DNA of 64,000 nt, from the NCBI GenBank assembly GCA_945865375.1, contig CAMBEJ010000003.1, positions 9,862 through 73,861 on the forward strand. Direction: 5' to 3'. This document shows positions 35,064-46,300 of this stretch, piece by piece. Position 1 is the stretch's first letter. Each line of letters starts with the position of its first letter. Position numbers and translations under genes: made by a program. Source of the stretch: Akkermansia muciniphila (GTDB lineage Bacteria; Verrucomicrobiota; Verrucomicrobiia; Limisphaerales; F1-80-MAGS106). Under the pieces are notes generated by a model. The model made no database searches, had not been told where the DNA came from, and worked only from the letters and a program-made list of their open reading frames with translations.

Positions 35064-38000
35064 CCCGATAGAACTTCTGCGGGTTCTCGTCCGTGCGGAT
35101 CTGCAGGGTTTGCGAAGGCCCGGCAGGCACGTCCTTCCAAGGTCCAGTGATGGTGTCGGAGACTTGAAGGGTTTGTGAACTGGACCAAGTTATCGAGGCG
35201 GGTCCCTGGGATGCCCTGGTCAGCCCGATTCTTGGGCATGTCACAGTCACCGTGAAAGTGCAAACCAAGGCTGGAGTCACACCATTATAGCGACAGGTCA
35301 CCCGGGTTGTGCCGACGGGGAAAAGGCTTCCCGAAGGCGGACTAGACTCCATGGGGACCACGTCACACCCCACCAGCACAAAGGCATCGAACGTCGCCAC
35401 GGCTCCAGAGTTATTGACGCAGGAGACCACAATGTCCTGTGGACAGCGGGCCACGGGCGCTGCTGTGGAAACTTTAGTTGGAGCAATCACGATCAGGTGA
35501 ACCACACAAACTCCCGTGTTTCCGCGGGCGTCAGTGACCTCAATGAGGATCTCGTGATCACCGGGCCCAACCAACGTTCCAGGCGGTGGTGTCTGGGTAA
35601 TGACTTCGGCGCCAAGCGGACCTGCTGTCGAGTTGGCGGTTCTCGGGCAATTGTCCGTGAAAGAGATCTGCGGTCTGAAATCAGGCACCGGAGTTTGACA
35701 TGCCGGGAATCCCGTGGTTGTCGGTGCTGAATTCAGATCCACGGTCCTCGTTGGCGGACAGTTGACGACTGGAGGCGTTGTGTCTCCGAAGAAGAAACAG
35801 GCGGGCCATCCGTACGATTCATATTTCCCCCATCCGTAGACCGTGACCCCGATCGGGAGCGACGCGGTCACCTTGTGAGATCCGGCGGTAACGGCGACGC
35901 TCGATCCCAAAAAGCCGCTGGCTCCAATCGCCGTGAAAAGCCCCGCCGAGACCGCGACTCCATCCAGCAGGACAGAACCAGAACTCACGGCGGCGGCAGG
36001 GGCGATGATGTTGATGAAGTGCGATGAAAAATCTGTGGCCGGGGTGCAAAACATCTGTGAATGGCTGAACAAGCCTCGGTGCGGCACCTGGAGCATGAAG
36101 GGATCTGCCGACTCCACCAGATCGAAATCGGAACTGTTGGCATACTGGGTTAAATGAACTGGATGACTCGCTGTGATGCGAACCGCCGCCGTCAGCAAAG
36201 TCTGATAGGATTCTCCTCGGTCCAAGGTGGCGACGTTGACGCCATTGATGAACACCTTGGTCTCATCATAAGCGGCCAACACCCGGTAGGTATCCCCGTT
36301 CAACCGAGTTTTGAGGGGGAAAGTGAGATAATCCACGCCCCAGGTTTTGACAGGCAGCAACTGCTCCACGAGGTAATCGCAAAAACCGAGCGCCGCAGAC
36401 TGAACATTGGCGCAAGCATGGCTCCCGAACACCCCGATGGGTTTGTCCGATGAGATGGCCGTGCCAGCCAAATCAGCGGGCAAGCCGTTCAAATTTCTAA
36501 GCTGATAAGTCTGACCGCGTTGCATTTTTATTTGGTATGGAAAACCAGAATCATGACCTTGAGTGACCACGGAAGGGACGATTGTCACCGTCGTGTCGTT
36601 TTCCGTCGCCACCAGGGCAAACTGGCTGCCGTTCAACTCAGGGACATCGGTGTAAACGTTGGAATAACTTTGAACCACGTACTCGTTGCCAAGGGCTTCC
36701 GTTTGGATGCCGAGGAAACCATCCGAGCTGTATTGAACTTTGCTGAGCCCATGAACCACAATGGGCGAAGTGGAAGTGATATGAACACCTTTTGACTCGA
36801 TGATGTCGTTCGCCAACCCCAGATCCGCCGCTTTTGGCAAATCGATCGTGACAGAACCTGAGGCGGGAATCGCGACCGTTTTAGTGAAGTTAAGCCCGGC
36901 AATTTCAACGGTGACCTGCGCGCCAGGATTGCCCAGAGCACACACGCTGGGTTTCACCGGATTGGTCGGATCGGGGGCGTAATTTCTGGGGAACGCGAGC
37001 CAGAAATCAACGCCCATGCATGACAGATCGCAATTGCTGGGCTTCTCAATCGTGACACGGTAATCCTCCACCTCGCCGATTGGCGCAGCGCCTGAGAAAT
37101 TTAATCCTCCCTCTCGACTGAACCGAAAACGCGCAAAAGTCGGCCCTGACTTGGCTTGGGGCGGCACATGGATGCTCAGCAAATTGGAACCCGGAGCCAA
37201 CTCTTTGCTCACAACAATACGATCGAATTCGTCACTCCAATTCCCATTTCCGAGGAAATCGATCCAGGCATCGAGCCTCCCGGAGGTGGATGCGATGACC
37301 TCCAAACGCGCATCCTTGTCGGGGACGAGCGGGGTGAGGAAAATCACCCCGTCCTCATCATCCAACGAGCTTGCATCATCGCCGAGCGCGGCGGAATGAG
37401 GCTGCCCATCCAACTCTTCATCGATTAGTTTTCCGAGATGAAATTCCTGGGTGATGCCGTGGCGGGATCCATTGTTCGACAGCAATGTCGGGTAGGGCGC
37501 GGGGGCATCGCCATAGTCTAACTTCCCAGCCACTGGCGTCTCGATTTTGAAGAGATAATCTTCGATCTCACCGCCTGGCTGGCTGGTGCCATCAAAACGA
37601 TAGCCTCCTTCCCGGCTCAAACGAAATCGAGCAAAGGCATTGCCCAATTTGGCCGCAGTCGGCACGGTGAATGTCAATAAGTTGTCGCCAGGAACCAGGG
37701 ATTGTTTGCTGAAAATGTTCTCCCCAGGGTCAGCCCAAGTTCCATTCCCGTTGAAGTCGATCCACGCGTCGAGCCGACCTGTCAAACCAGCGGCGTCGGA
37801 CAACAAAAGACGCAGTTGCACGACCTTGCCAGGGATCAGGGGAGTGATGGAGGTAATACCATCATCATCCGTGCCCTCCGCCGAAGCATCGGCAGACGGC
37901 TGCCCATCCTTTTCCCCGTCAATCAACTTGCCCAGCGAGAAGCCTTTTACGATGCGAACGCGCGCACCATTGTTTTTCAAGGTCGTTGGGAATGTGGGGT

Positions 38001-40317
38001 CGGGGGCATCGCCAAAATCCAATTCGACGGGCTGCACGGTCAGAAGCGCCGGATTGCTGGTGGTTGATCCGTTCGGGTTGGTGACGACGACATCGTAGTT
38101 CCCAGACTGATTGAGTTGGACGTTTGCGAGCCCCAACCTGACGTCTGTTTGGGCCGAAAGCGGAACCTCATTTCGGCGCCATTGGTAGGTCAACGTGGGA
38201 TCTCCGGAGGCCGCCACCACAAAAGTGATGCTGTCGCCCTCATCGACGGTCTGCGATCCAGGGTGTGTCGTGATGAGGGGCGGTGATGCTTTTTTGATGA
38301 CGGTGAGCAGGAAAGTATCCGTGGCAGAAGCGCTGCCGTCGTTCACATCAAACGTCACAGTGGTGCTGCCGCTTTGTCCCGGAGCGAGCCTGATTGAAAG
38401 TGTCCGACTGGCACCTGATCCGCCCATCGTGATGTTTGCATTGGGCACTAGAACTTGATTGCTCGATTTACCAGTCACGCTCAACGCGGTCAGGGCCGAG
38501 TCAATGTCCCCTACCGTAAAGGAAATCGGAGCCACTGTACTGTCTTGATTCGCGGTCTGGTTTGGGATGTCCGACAGGGTTGGGGGATCGTTCACCGGGC
38601 TGACTGTCACCGTAAAGGCTGTGGAGACGATATTGTTTACCGGGCCCCCATCGTCCACACTCACCGTGATCACGGCTGTTCCATTCGCATTCGGAGCTGG
38701 CTTGAGACTCAAGCTCCCTGTCGCCGCAGGACTCGTGTAGCTGATCGACGGGTGGGGTATCAGGCTCGGATTGCTGGACGTGGCAGTGATCGCCAGGATC
38801 TGGCTCTCAACTCCGGAACCGGAGCTAATCCCAGCGATCGCAACACCCTTGGCTGGATCATCCTCATTCAAAACAAGATTGGCCAAGGTTCCAATGGTGG
38901 GAGGTTTGTTCACGGCATTGAAGCTCACCGAGAATGTCCGGCTGAATACATTGTTGGCACCCCCTCCATCGTTGACTGTCACGGTGATGATGGCGGTGCC
39001 CCCCGTGTTGGGTGCCGCAGCCAGGGCGAGTGACCCCGCAGCATTGGGGCTCACATAGCTCACCACCGGATCAGAAATCAACGCTTTGTTGCTGGACGAG
39101 GCCGTGACCGTCAGCGTTTGGTTTTCATTCGCTGCACCGGAGCTAATCCCAGTCAGGCTCACCGTCTGCGCGCTCGTTCCATCGCTCAAGGACACATTGG
39201 AAATCGGTCCGAGCGTGGGTGGATCATTGACCGGGTTGACCGTAATCGTGAATGTCTGCGCCGCCGAGGTGTCGGCCCCTCCGTCAGCCACGCCTCCGTT
39301 GTCGTGCAACTGCACTGTCACCGCCGCCGCCCCGCTGGCATTGGAAGCAGGCGTGTAGATCAGCGTGCCGCTCGATGACACCGCTGGTTGAGCCGAAAAC
39401 AGGGCGCTGTTGCTGTTGCTCACCACAAAATCCAACACCTGGGCGGCTTCGTCAGCAGGCCCGGCGCTCATCCCCAAAGCCCAGCCGGCGACTCTCTGGG
39501 CGCCAGCGTCTTCATTCACACTTTGATTCCCTCCGGCCCTGAAACTCGGCGCGTCATTGACCGAGCTCACGGACACAACGAACGTCGTGCTCTTCGTGCT
39601 GTTCGCAGTGCCCCCATCGTCAACGCTCACAGTAATTGTGGCGGTGCCATTGGCATCGGCCAAAGGCGCGAAACTCAGCTTGCCAGTTGAGTTTGGACTG
39701 GTGTAAGTCAAGGATGGGTCTGGAATCAGGTTTGGATTGCTCGACGTGGCCGTCACTCGAAGCGTTTGGATTGCGTTTTCTGCACCCGACGTAATCCCGG
39801 TTAGATTGATGCTTTGGGCGAGGCTATCCTCCAGTATTGAGCTATCCTGAATCCGATCGATGGTGGGCGCGGTATTGGGCTGGTTCACCACCACCAAAAA
39901 CTGATCGCCAGCGGAAAGCCCTCCTGCATCCGTGACAGTGATGGTGACGGTGCATTGGCCTGCCAAGCCGCGAGTGGGTGTTACCTTCACGGTGTAGCCG
40001 GGTCCACGACCCACCAAGGCAATGCTGATACGACTCAGAGGAACCAAGCGCTGGTCTGTGGAGTCCGTGGTCAGCCTGAGCAAGTCGGTTGCTGTTTCCG
40101 CATCACCGATGGTGAAGCCGAGGAGCCCTGTGTCGGTGGAGACGGCGATGGTTTGGTCCGGGATATCGGTAATGGTAGGGGTCGTATTCGAAACTCTGGC
40201 GAACGCTTCCGCCGTTGTCAGCAGAAGGGCCAGCCAAAGGATTTGGAGCAACCTGGGTCTAGAGACCCCGATCTTAATCGGATCCATGTCGCATTTTGCT
40301 CTGCCGCGCGTGCTCAC
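35053..40317 (-). CDS. Large secreted surface protein: cadherin-like x~6, Ig I-set-like, GEVED-type x2, IgGFc-binding-N-terminal-like region, HYR-like modules
   Basis: 1,754-aa ORF (GTG 40317; alternative ATG 40287, MDPIKIG) with a signal peptide LLLTTAEAFA. Has recurrent VN(D/K/Q)xPT module ends and an I-set-like block (PPLITTHPGSQTVDEGDSITF..YQWRRN..SGNYDVVVTN). Two DFGDAP...GE(V/I)EDY modules, the GVDFWLAFPRNY region, and Cys-bearing HYR-like modules near the C-terminus. Confidence 0.85.
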   Translation of the reverse strand: MSTRGRAKCDMDPIKIGVSRPRLLQILWLALLLTTAEAFARVSNTTPTITDIPDQTIAVSTDTGLLGFTIGDAETATDLLRLTTDSTDQRLVPLSRISIALVGRGPGYTVKVTPTRGLAGQCTVTITVTDAGGLSAGDQFLVVVNQPNTAPTIDRIQDSSILEDSLAQSINLTGITSGAENAIQTLRVTATSSNPNLIPDPSLTYTSPNSTGKLSFAPLADANGTATITVSVDDGGTANSTKSTTFVVSVSSVNDAPSFRAGGNQSVNEDAGAQRVAGWALGMSAGPADEAAQVLDFVVSNSNSALFSAQPAVSSSGTLIYTPASNASGAAAVTVQLHDNGGVADGGADTSAAQTFTITVNPVNDPPTLGPISNVSLSDGTSAQTVSLTGISSGAANENQTLTVTASSSNKALISDPVVSYVSPNAAGSLALAAAPNTGGTAIITVTVNDGGGANNVFSRTFSVSFNAVNKPPTIGTLANLVLNEDDPAKGVAIAGISSGSGVESQILAITATSSNPSLIPHPSISYTSPAATGSLSLKPAPNANGTAVITVSVDDGGPVNNIVSTAFTVTVSPVNDPPTLSDIPNQTANQDSTVAPISFTVGDIDSALTALSVTGKSSNQVLVPNANITMGGSGASRTLSIRLAPGQSGSTTVTFDVNDGSASATDTFLLTVIKKASPPLITTHPGSQTVDEGDSITFVVAASGDPTLTYQWRRNEVPLSAQTDVRLGLANVQLNQSGNYDVVVTNPNGSTTSNPALLTVQPVELDFGDAPDPTFPTTLKNNGARVRIVKGFSLGKLIDGEKDGQPSADASAEGTDDDGITSITPLIPGKVVQLRLLLSDAAGLTGRLDAWIDFNGNGTWADPGENIFSKQSLVPGDNLLTFTVPTAAKLGNAFARFRLSREGGYRFDGTSQPGGEIEDYLFKIETPVAGKLDYGDAPAPYPTLLSNNGSRHGITQEFHLGKLIDEELDGQPHSAALGDDASSLDDEDGVIFLTPLVPDKDARLEVIASTSGRLDAWIDFLGNGNWSDEFDRIVVSKELAPGSNLLSIHVPPQAKSGPTFARFRFSREGGLNFSGAAPIGEVEDYRVTIEKPSNCDLSCMGVDFWLAFPRNYAPDPTNPVKPSVCALGNPGAQVTVEIAGLNFTKTVAIPASGSVTIDLPKAADLGLANDIIESKGVHITSTSPIVVHGLSKVQYSSDGFLGIQTEALGNEYVVQSYSNVYTDVPELNGSQFALVATENDTTVTIVPSVVTQGHDSGFPYQIKMQRGQTYQLRNLNGLPADLAGTAISSDKPIGVFGSHACANVQSAALGFCDYLVEQLLPVKTWGVDYLTFPLKTRLNGDTYRVLAAYDETKVFINGVNVATLDRGESYQTLLTAAVRITASHPVHLTQYANSSDFDLVESADPFMLQVPHRGLFSHSQMFCTPATDFSSHFINIIAPAAAVSSGSVLLDGVAVSAGLFTAIGASGFLGSSVAVTAGSHKVTASLPIGVTVYGWGKYESYGWPACFFFGDTTPPVVNCPPTRTVDLNSAPTTTGFPACQTPVPDFRPQISFTDNCPRTANSTAGPLGAEVITQTPPPGTLVGPGDHEILIEVTDARGNTGVCVVHLIVIAPTKVSTAAPVARCPQDIVVSCVNNSGAVATFDAFVLVGCDVVPMESSPPSGSLFPVGTTRVTCRYNGVTPALVCTFTVTVTCPRIGLTRASQGPASITWSSSQTLQVSDTITGPWKDVPAGPSQTLQIRTDENPQKFYRVRD

Positions 40318-40335
40318 GTTTTGTAGGCGCCTTGT

Positions 40336-43300
40336 TCAGCGTACTCGAAAGAATTTCTGTTTCGATTCCGACGTGCTTTTCGTCACGATCTCCCCTGTGC
40401 TCGAAATGTCCACCCACGGGCCGGAAGGGCTGTCCGCCATCTGCAACGTCGTTCCGCCCTCCCATTCCAGCATCAGTTTTGCTTGATCCAAATTGGCGAC
40501 AACCTGGGCGCAACTCACGATGATATTGAAGGAGCACTGGATCGGTGGGGCGGAGCCTGGCACTGTGCATGTGACCACGGTCAAGCCCACTGGGAACAAA
40601 CTTTTTCGGGGAGGGCTGCCGTCCAACACCACCTGCTGGCAACCGACGGTGGCGAAGGCTTGATAATCGACAACGGCTCCGTTGCTGTCACCGCACTTCA
40701 CGAGCAAATCGCTCGGGCAATGCAACTCTGGCAAAGCACTTGGGTTTGGGCTGGGATCGATGACCGTGAATGTTGTGGTGCAATATCCAATGTTACCGCG
40801 AGCATCAGAGACGCTGCACGTGATCTCATGCACCCCCGGTCCAACGAGCGTTCCCGCAGGAGGATCCTGCGTTGGCACGCTACCCACCGGAACCAAAACA
40901 GAGGACCGAGGACAGTTGTCGGTGTAGATGACCTTTGAAGCAAAATCTGGAACGAGAGCTTGGCAAGGTTTCACTCCGCTGGTGTTAGCCCCACCCCCGA
41001 GCGTCACGGTCACGGGTGGCGGGCAACTCAAAACGGGAGGTGTGATGTCACCAAAGAAAAGGCAGGCGGGCCAACCGTAGGACTCGTATTCGTTCCATCC
41101 GTAGACGGTAACGCCGATGGGCAAAGAGGACGTCATCGAATGCACGCCCACAGTGACAGTGGCGGTTGCCGCAGAAAAACCGGAAGCACCCACCGCGCTA
41201 AAGCCAACCACCACCAACCCATCCAGCTTCACGGTACCCACCGCTGAGGTCGGTGCGATGATATTGACATGATGCGTCAGAAATCCGGACGATGGCACGC
41301 AGAACCTTTGTTGTGGGCTAAAAAGCAAACGCCCAGGCACCAGCGTCATGAAAGGGTCGCTTTTCGGCGTATTATCAAAGTCGCTGCTGTTCGCGTATTG
41401 AGCCACCAGCACCGGACGCGTGGCGGTGATCTGCGTGGTGGCTACCAACGCCAAGGTCGGTCTGAGAGTTTCATAGAACTGGCCCGCCGCCAAGGTTGTC
41501 ACGGCGGCACCGTTGACTGAGACCACCGTGTTGTCGTAGGCCGCTAAAACTCGAAATGTGTCCCCCTTCGACCGCGTAGAGAGCCGACGCGCGTAAAATT
41601 CCGTTGCCCATTGACTGACCGGTGTCATCTGTTCGACCAGATAGTCGCAGAAAGATGAGGATGCCGATCGCACATTCGCGCAAGCGTGCCCGCCGAAAAC
41701 AGCAATGGGCTTGTCCGATAACACCCGAGTTCCAGTCAGATCTGATCCGGCCCCTGGGGTGGTCCGCAACTGGTAAACATCCCCCGCGCCCAAGTTGACC
41801 TTGAAGGGCTCGCCGGCGTTGTGGGTTCCCGTGACGACGCTCGGGATCACAGTGATGGTCGTGTCGGCTTCGGGCGCGACCACGGCAAATTCAGAGCCGT
41901 TGAGTTCAGGAATTCCCAACTGTTCATCACGGTAAGCGAGCACATAATATTCGGTGCCCAGAACTTCCGTTGGCAACCCAAGGTAACCGTCGCTCGTGAA
42001 TTGCGCCTTGCTCAACCCATGGATTCCAACGGGTTCAGACGCGGTCACATGGATGCCCTTTTGCTGCACTTTGTCGTTGGCATCTCCAAGATCCGCCCCT
42101 TTCGGGAGTTCAACATTCACGCACAAGCTCGCCGGGATCACGACCGTCTTCGAGTAGCCCAAGCCGGCAATGCCAACGGTCACCGTGGTGCCCGCATTTC
42201 CTAGCACCCAAAGACTTGGCCTGACTGGATTGGAGGGATCGGGCGTGTAGTTCCCCGGGAATGTCAACCAGAAGTCCGTGCCCGAACAGCTCAGATCGCA
42301 CCGTGCCGGTTTCTGGATCTGCACGGCGTAATCTTCGACTTCTCCCGCTCCACCGTCGCCGTCGAAGCTGAGTCGGCCCTCATGGCTGAGGCGGAACCGC
42401 GCAAAGATGGTGCCGTACTGCGAGGACACGGGCACCGAAAAACTCAACAAATTCACGCCAGCCACCAATGTTTGAGCAGTAAAAATCCGTTCTCCTGAAT
42501 CAACCCAGTTGGAATTGCGATTGAAATCCACCCAGGCATCCAGACGACCTCCTGCTGTTGTGGTCACCTCGACTTGCGCCAATGTCCCAGGAACCATCGG
42601 AGAGAGAAACCGTACGCCATCCTCATCACTCGCCCCACCGCTGACGTCGTCACCTGTTGCCGACGCATTGGGCAGGCCATTGGGCTCTCCATCTTCGGTC
42701 TTACCCAGATGAAACCCAGTCTGAATCTGATGACGCGCCCCATTGCGAGCCAAGGTTGTCGGAAACCCAGTCGTTTCAGTTTCAGGCGCATCTCCGAAAT
42801 CCAACTGCCCGGACTCGATGTTGACGCTGTAATCTTCGACCTCGCCGTCAGAGGCTAATCCCGTGAAGGAAAGCTTGGATTGATGACTGAGTCTAAATCG
42901 AGCAAAGGTGCGTCCGGGCTTTGCCGATGCGGGCACAAAAACATTCAAAACATGCGGGCCTGGACCCAGGCCGAGATCCGCAAACACCTGATCCTCGGCA
43001 TCGGCCCAACTTCCGTTTGAGTTGAAATCGAACCAAGCGCTCAGCCGTCCCTCGCCAACGATCCTCACCGTGAGGGTCGTCTTCAGACCCGGCAGGAACG
43101 AACCGTTAAAAGCAACACCGTCCTCGTCGTCCACTGCGCCAACTGGAGAGCCATCATCACCTGTCGCATCGGAGTTGGGTTTCCCGTCTATCTCCGCATC
43201 CACTTTCTGGCCCAGGCTGAAACCCGGTAGAATCCCATGGCGCGCCCCATTGTTCTTCAACGTGGTCGGATAAGGCCCGTCTGGAGCATCGCCAAAATCG

Positions 43301-43395
43301 AAGGCTGTGGGCTGAGTCTGAGCCGAAGCCACGATGGCCCAAACCATGGCAAGCGAAGCACTGAGGCAAACTCTATGGAAACAGTTCACATTCAT
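40336..43395 (-). CDS. Secreted GEVED-type x2 / IgGFc-binding-N-terminal-like / HYR-like protein (shorter paralog of 35053..40317)
   Basis: 1,019-aa ORF with signal peptide MNVNCFHRVCLSASLAMVWAIVASAQ. Its ATG overlaps the stop of the giant ORF (ATGA at 43392-43395). Same module order as the C-terminal 1,000 aa of the downstream gene. Confidence 0.88.
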   Translation of the reverse strand: MNVNCFHRVCLSASLAMVWAIVASAQTQPTAFDFGDAPDGPYPTTLKNNGARHGILPGFSLGQKVDAEIDGKPNSDATGDDGSPVGAVDDEDGVAFNGSFLPGLKTTLTVRIVGEGRLSAWFDFNSNGSWADAEDQVFADLGLGPGPHVLNVFVPASAKPGRTFARFRLSHQSKLSFTGLASDGEVEDYSVNIESGQLDFGDAPETETTGFPTTLARNGARHQIQTGFHLGKTEDGEPNGLPNASATGDDVSGGASDEDGVRFLSPMVPGTLAQVEVTTTAGGRLDAWVDFNRNSNWVDSGERIFTAQTLVAGVNLLSFSVPVSSQYGTIFARFRLSHEGRLSFDGDGGAGEVEDYAVQIQKPARCDLSCSGTDFWLTFPGNYTPDPSNPVRPSLWVLGNAGTTVTVGIAGLGYSKTVVIPASLCVNVELPKGADLGDANDKVQQKGIHVTASEPVGIHGLSKAQFTSDGYLGLPTEVLGTEYYVLAYRDEQLGIPELNGSEFAVVAPEADTTITVIPSVVTGTHNAGEPFKVNLGAGDVYQLRTTPGAGSDLTGTRVLSDKPIAVFGGHACANVRSASSSFCDYLVEQMTPVSQWATEFYARRLSTRSKGDTFRVLAAYDNTVVSVNGAAVTTLAAGQFYETLRPTLALVATTQITATRPVLVAQYANSSDFDNTPKSDPFMTLVPGRLLFSPQQRFCVPSSGFLTHHVNIIAPTSAVGTVKLDGLVVVGFSAVGASGFSAATATVTVGVHSMTSSLPIGVTVYGWNEYESYGWPACLFFGDITPPVLSCPPPVTVTLGGGANTSGVKPCQALVPDFASKVIYTDNCPRSSVLVPVGSVPTQDPPAGTLVGPGVHEITCSVSDARGNIGYCTTTFTVIDPSPNPSALPELHCPSDLLVKCGDSNGAVVDYQAFATVGCQQVVLDGSPPRKSLFPVGLTVVTCTVPGSAPPIQCSFNIIVSCAQVVANLDQAKLMLEWEGGTTLQMADSPSGPWVDISSTGEIVTKSTSESKQKFFRVR

Positions 43396-46300
43396 GGAAT
43401 AGAACTGGGGTCGACCAAGTTGACCACCGCGATGCCGGAGAACGTCACCGGCTTATGGCCCGGTGTTGTCAATGTGGTTGCAGTTTGAGCTGTGACACCT
43501 CCCAAAGTGTCGTAATTCAGCACATCTTCCAATCCTCCTCCCCCTTCAATCTGGAGGGGCATCACGGCGGATGGAGTTATAATAAACGTGTCGCTACCAG
43601 AACTCCCAACAATCTTTTCGACTGTGTCATCCGCAAAGCTCACTGAATTCACGCCAATATTCGAGACGACTTTCGACCCGACCCCGGGTTTCAACGTGGC
43701 TGTGATTGAGTCAGAAGTGAAAAGGATCTCGTCGACATCCGAGATGATCGCGGGTGTTTCGACCACCAAATCAACGCCCCAACTGGGACCGAAAACATAG
43801 ACGTCGCCGCCGGCTCCGCCGCCCAGAGTGTCGTTGCCACGTCCGCCATTCAGCCGGTCGTTTCGCGAACCCCCTTTGAGGTTGTCATCCCCGGGCCCGC
43901 CATCGAGAACCACGCTACCCAAGCCAAAGTTCGTGGCATCCAAGTGGTTGTTGCCATCACCGCCAGTCAACTCTGCTGCCCGAATCCCAATGAGCGTGTC
44001 CGTCTCCGCTCCAATCTGCAACGAGCCGTTCAGCAGAACAAAATTAGCATCGCGGATTTCGAACACTTTATCGAGACCTGCGGGGCCCCCATCCAGCACA
44101 TCATTGCCCAAGCCACCCACCAGGATGTCGTCCCCGCTCCCACCACGAAGCGTGTCAGCGCCGTCCCCGCCTGCCAGAAGCACGGGGCCCAGCGTGAATC
44201 CCGCCGCAGATATTGAGTTGGGACCCGCACCACCAACGAGCGTGGCGCGTTCGATGCCCGTGATCGAGTCTGTCTCCAAACCGATCTGCAATGTGCCATT
44301 AGTAAGGACCATGTTGGCATCCCGAACAGCCACTACTCTGTCTTCAGCAGAGGCACCTCCGCGCAGAATGTCATTGCCCAACCCGCCGTCCAGCGTCACC
44401 GCGCCGAGCGTGAACCCAGACGCATCAAGGGTGTTCGAGGCGGCACCTCCCGTCAGAATCGCTCCTTCCATGGAGCTGAGGCTGTCGGATTCACTCGGCC
44501 CAATCTTCAATGTGGCGTTCGAGAGTTTAAAATCACTGTCGCGCGTCTCGGTGACGAAATCCACCCCGTCTCCGCCGATGAGCGTGTCGTTCCCAGGCCC
44601 GCCCGTCAGCGAATTGTTGAGGGCGTTGCCGATGATCTTGTCTGCTTTGGCACCGCCGATAACCGACTCGATGCTTTCAGGATTTCTAATTTCCAAAGCT
44701 AGATGAATGGTCGCATCTGGCAAAGTGGTCTCATCGATGACGACGATTTGCCGCGTCACCTGGGCAAGATCGACGCGTATCGAAAGCCCGGTTGTCTGAG
44801 AGAAATCGAGGGTGTCAACGCCACCACCAATCCCAGAGGTTTCGAGGATGATGTCGCTGCCTAGAATCAGGTCGCCATCGAACACATAACGGTCGTTACC
44901 CGGTCCCCCTGCCAGGTGATTCTCAAGGGAGTTGCCTTGAATCACATCGTCACCCGATCCCCCGATGACATTCTCGATGCGATCATTCGCAAGAAGATTG
45001 AGGAACAACCCCGGCTTGACCTGTTGCGGAAGAGCGTTGCCAAGGTTGATGCTGATGCCAACCCCAGTGGTCTGCGAAAAGTCGAGGGTGTCAATCCCCC
45101 CGTTCACGGATTCCACAATCGTCGCTGTCCCGGTTTCGGCATCCCCATCAAAACGGTAGGTGTCATTGCCCGCTTGACCGGCAAGGTTATCGTTCCCACC
45201 TTTGCCCTCCAGGATATCATCCCCAGCTTTGCCCGCTAAGACATCAGGGCCGCTGCCGCCCACAATCAAGTTGTCCAACGAATTACCCGTGAGGACACTG
45301 CCAAACTGGCCCCCCAGGACGTTTTCGAGGGATTCTCCAGACGAAAGGTTCAGAGCGAGGTTGACGTTGACGACTTGCGCGGGCGGGGTGTCATGCGAAA
45401 GGTCCACATTCGTTGGCAGGCTGGTTGTCGTCGAAAGATCCAAGGTGTCTACCCCGCCCTCCACGTCTTCGGCCTCGACAACGGTATCGGTCCCCAAGGG
45501 GAAGTCTGCATCAAAAACATAGGTATCGTTCCCGCGTCGGCCTGCGAGACCATCGTTCCCGCCCAAACCGCTTAGCCGGTTCTTGAGGCTGTTCCCGATC
45601 AAAAAGTCGTTCCCGCTGCCACCGATCAGGCTCTCGACGCCGTGGGCCACTATAAGGCGTAGAGACAAGTTTGGATTCACGACCTGTTTGATGCCGCGGC
45701 CCAGGTTCACCGTGACCGATGAGCTCGTCAGGACGAAATCAAGCGTGTCATTTCCTCCGGTGCCTACCTCCTCCCAAATATGATCAAACCCGAGCGGCCC
45801 GTCAGCGTCGAAGAGGTAAAGATCATCCCCATCGCCACCCTCCATCCAATCGTCACCAGCCAACCCCAGCAAGAAATCGTTACCAGCACCACCCAGGATT
45901 CGGTTGTTCAAACTGTTCCCGCTGAGCACATCGTTCAGCGAGCCGCCAATCACATTCTCAATGGAAATACCGCTGAAAAGATCCAACGTGTGCCGAGTCA
46001 AGGGTCCAGGAGCTGGGGTTCGAGCCGCGATCTGGGCGGTGTCCAGCAAAAGGCTGACCGAGACAATGGCGGTGGACGTTCCTGCATAATCGAGCGTGTC
46101 GATACCCCCACCAACGAGTTCATTTAGAGTATCGGTTCCCAGATCATTGTCAGCGTCGAAGCTGTAGGTGTCGTCGCCGCCTGAGCCTGTCAGCGAGTCA
46201 TTTCCCGCGCCTCCGATGAGAACGTCATCCCCGCTCCCACCCAGGAGGACATCGTCGGCACCGCGGCCATCGAGCGTGGCGGAGCCCGTGAATGCGGTCG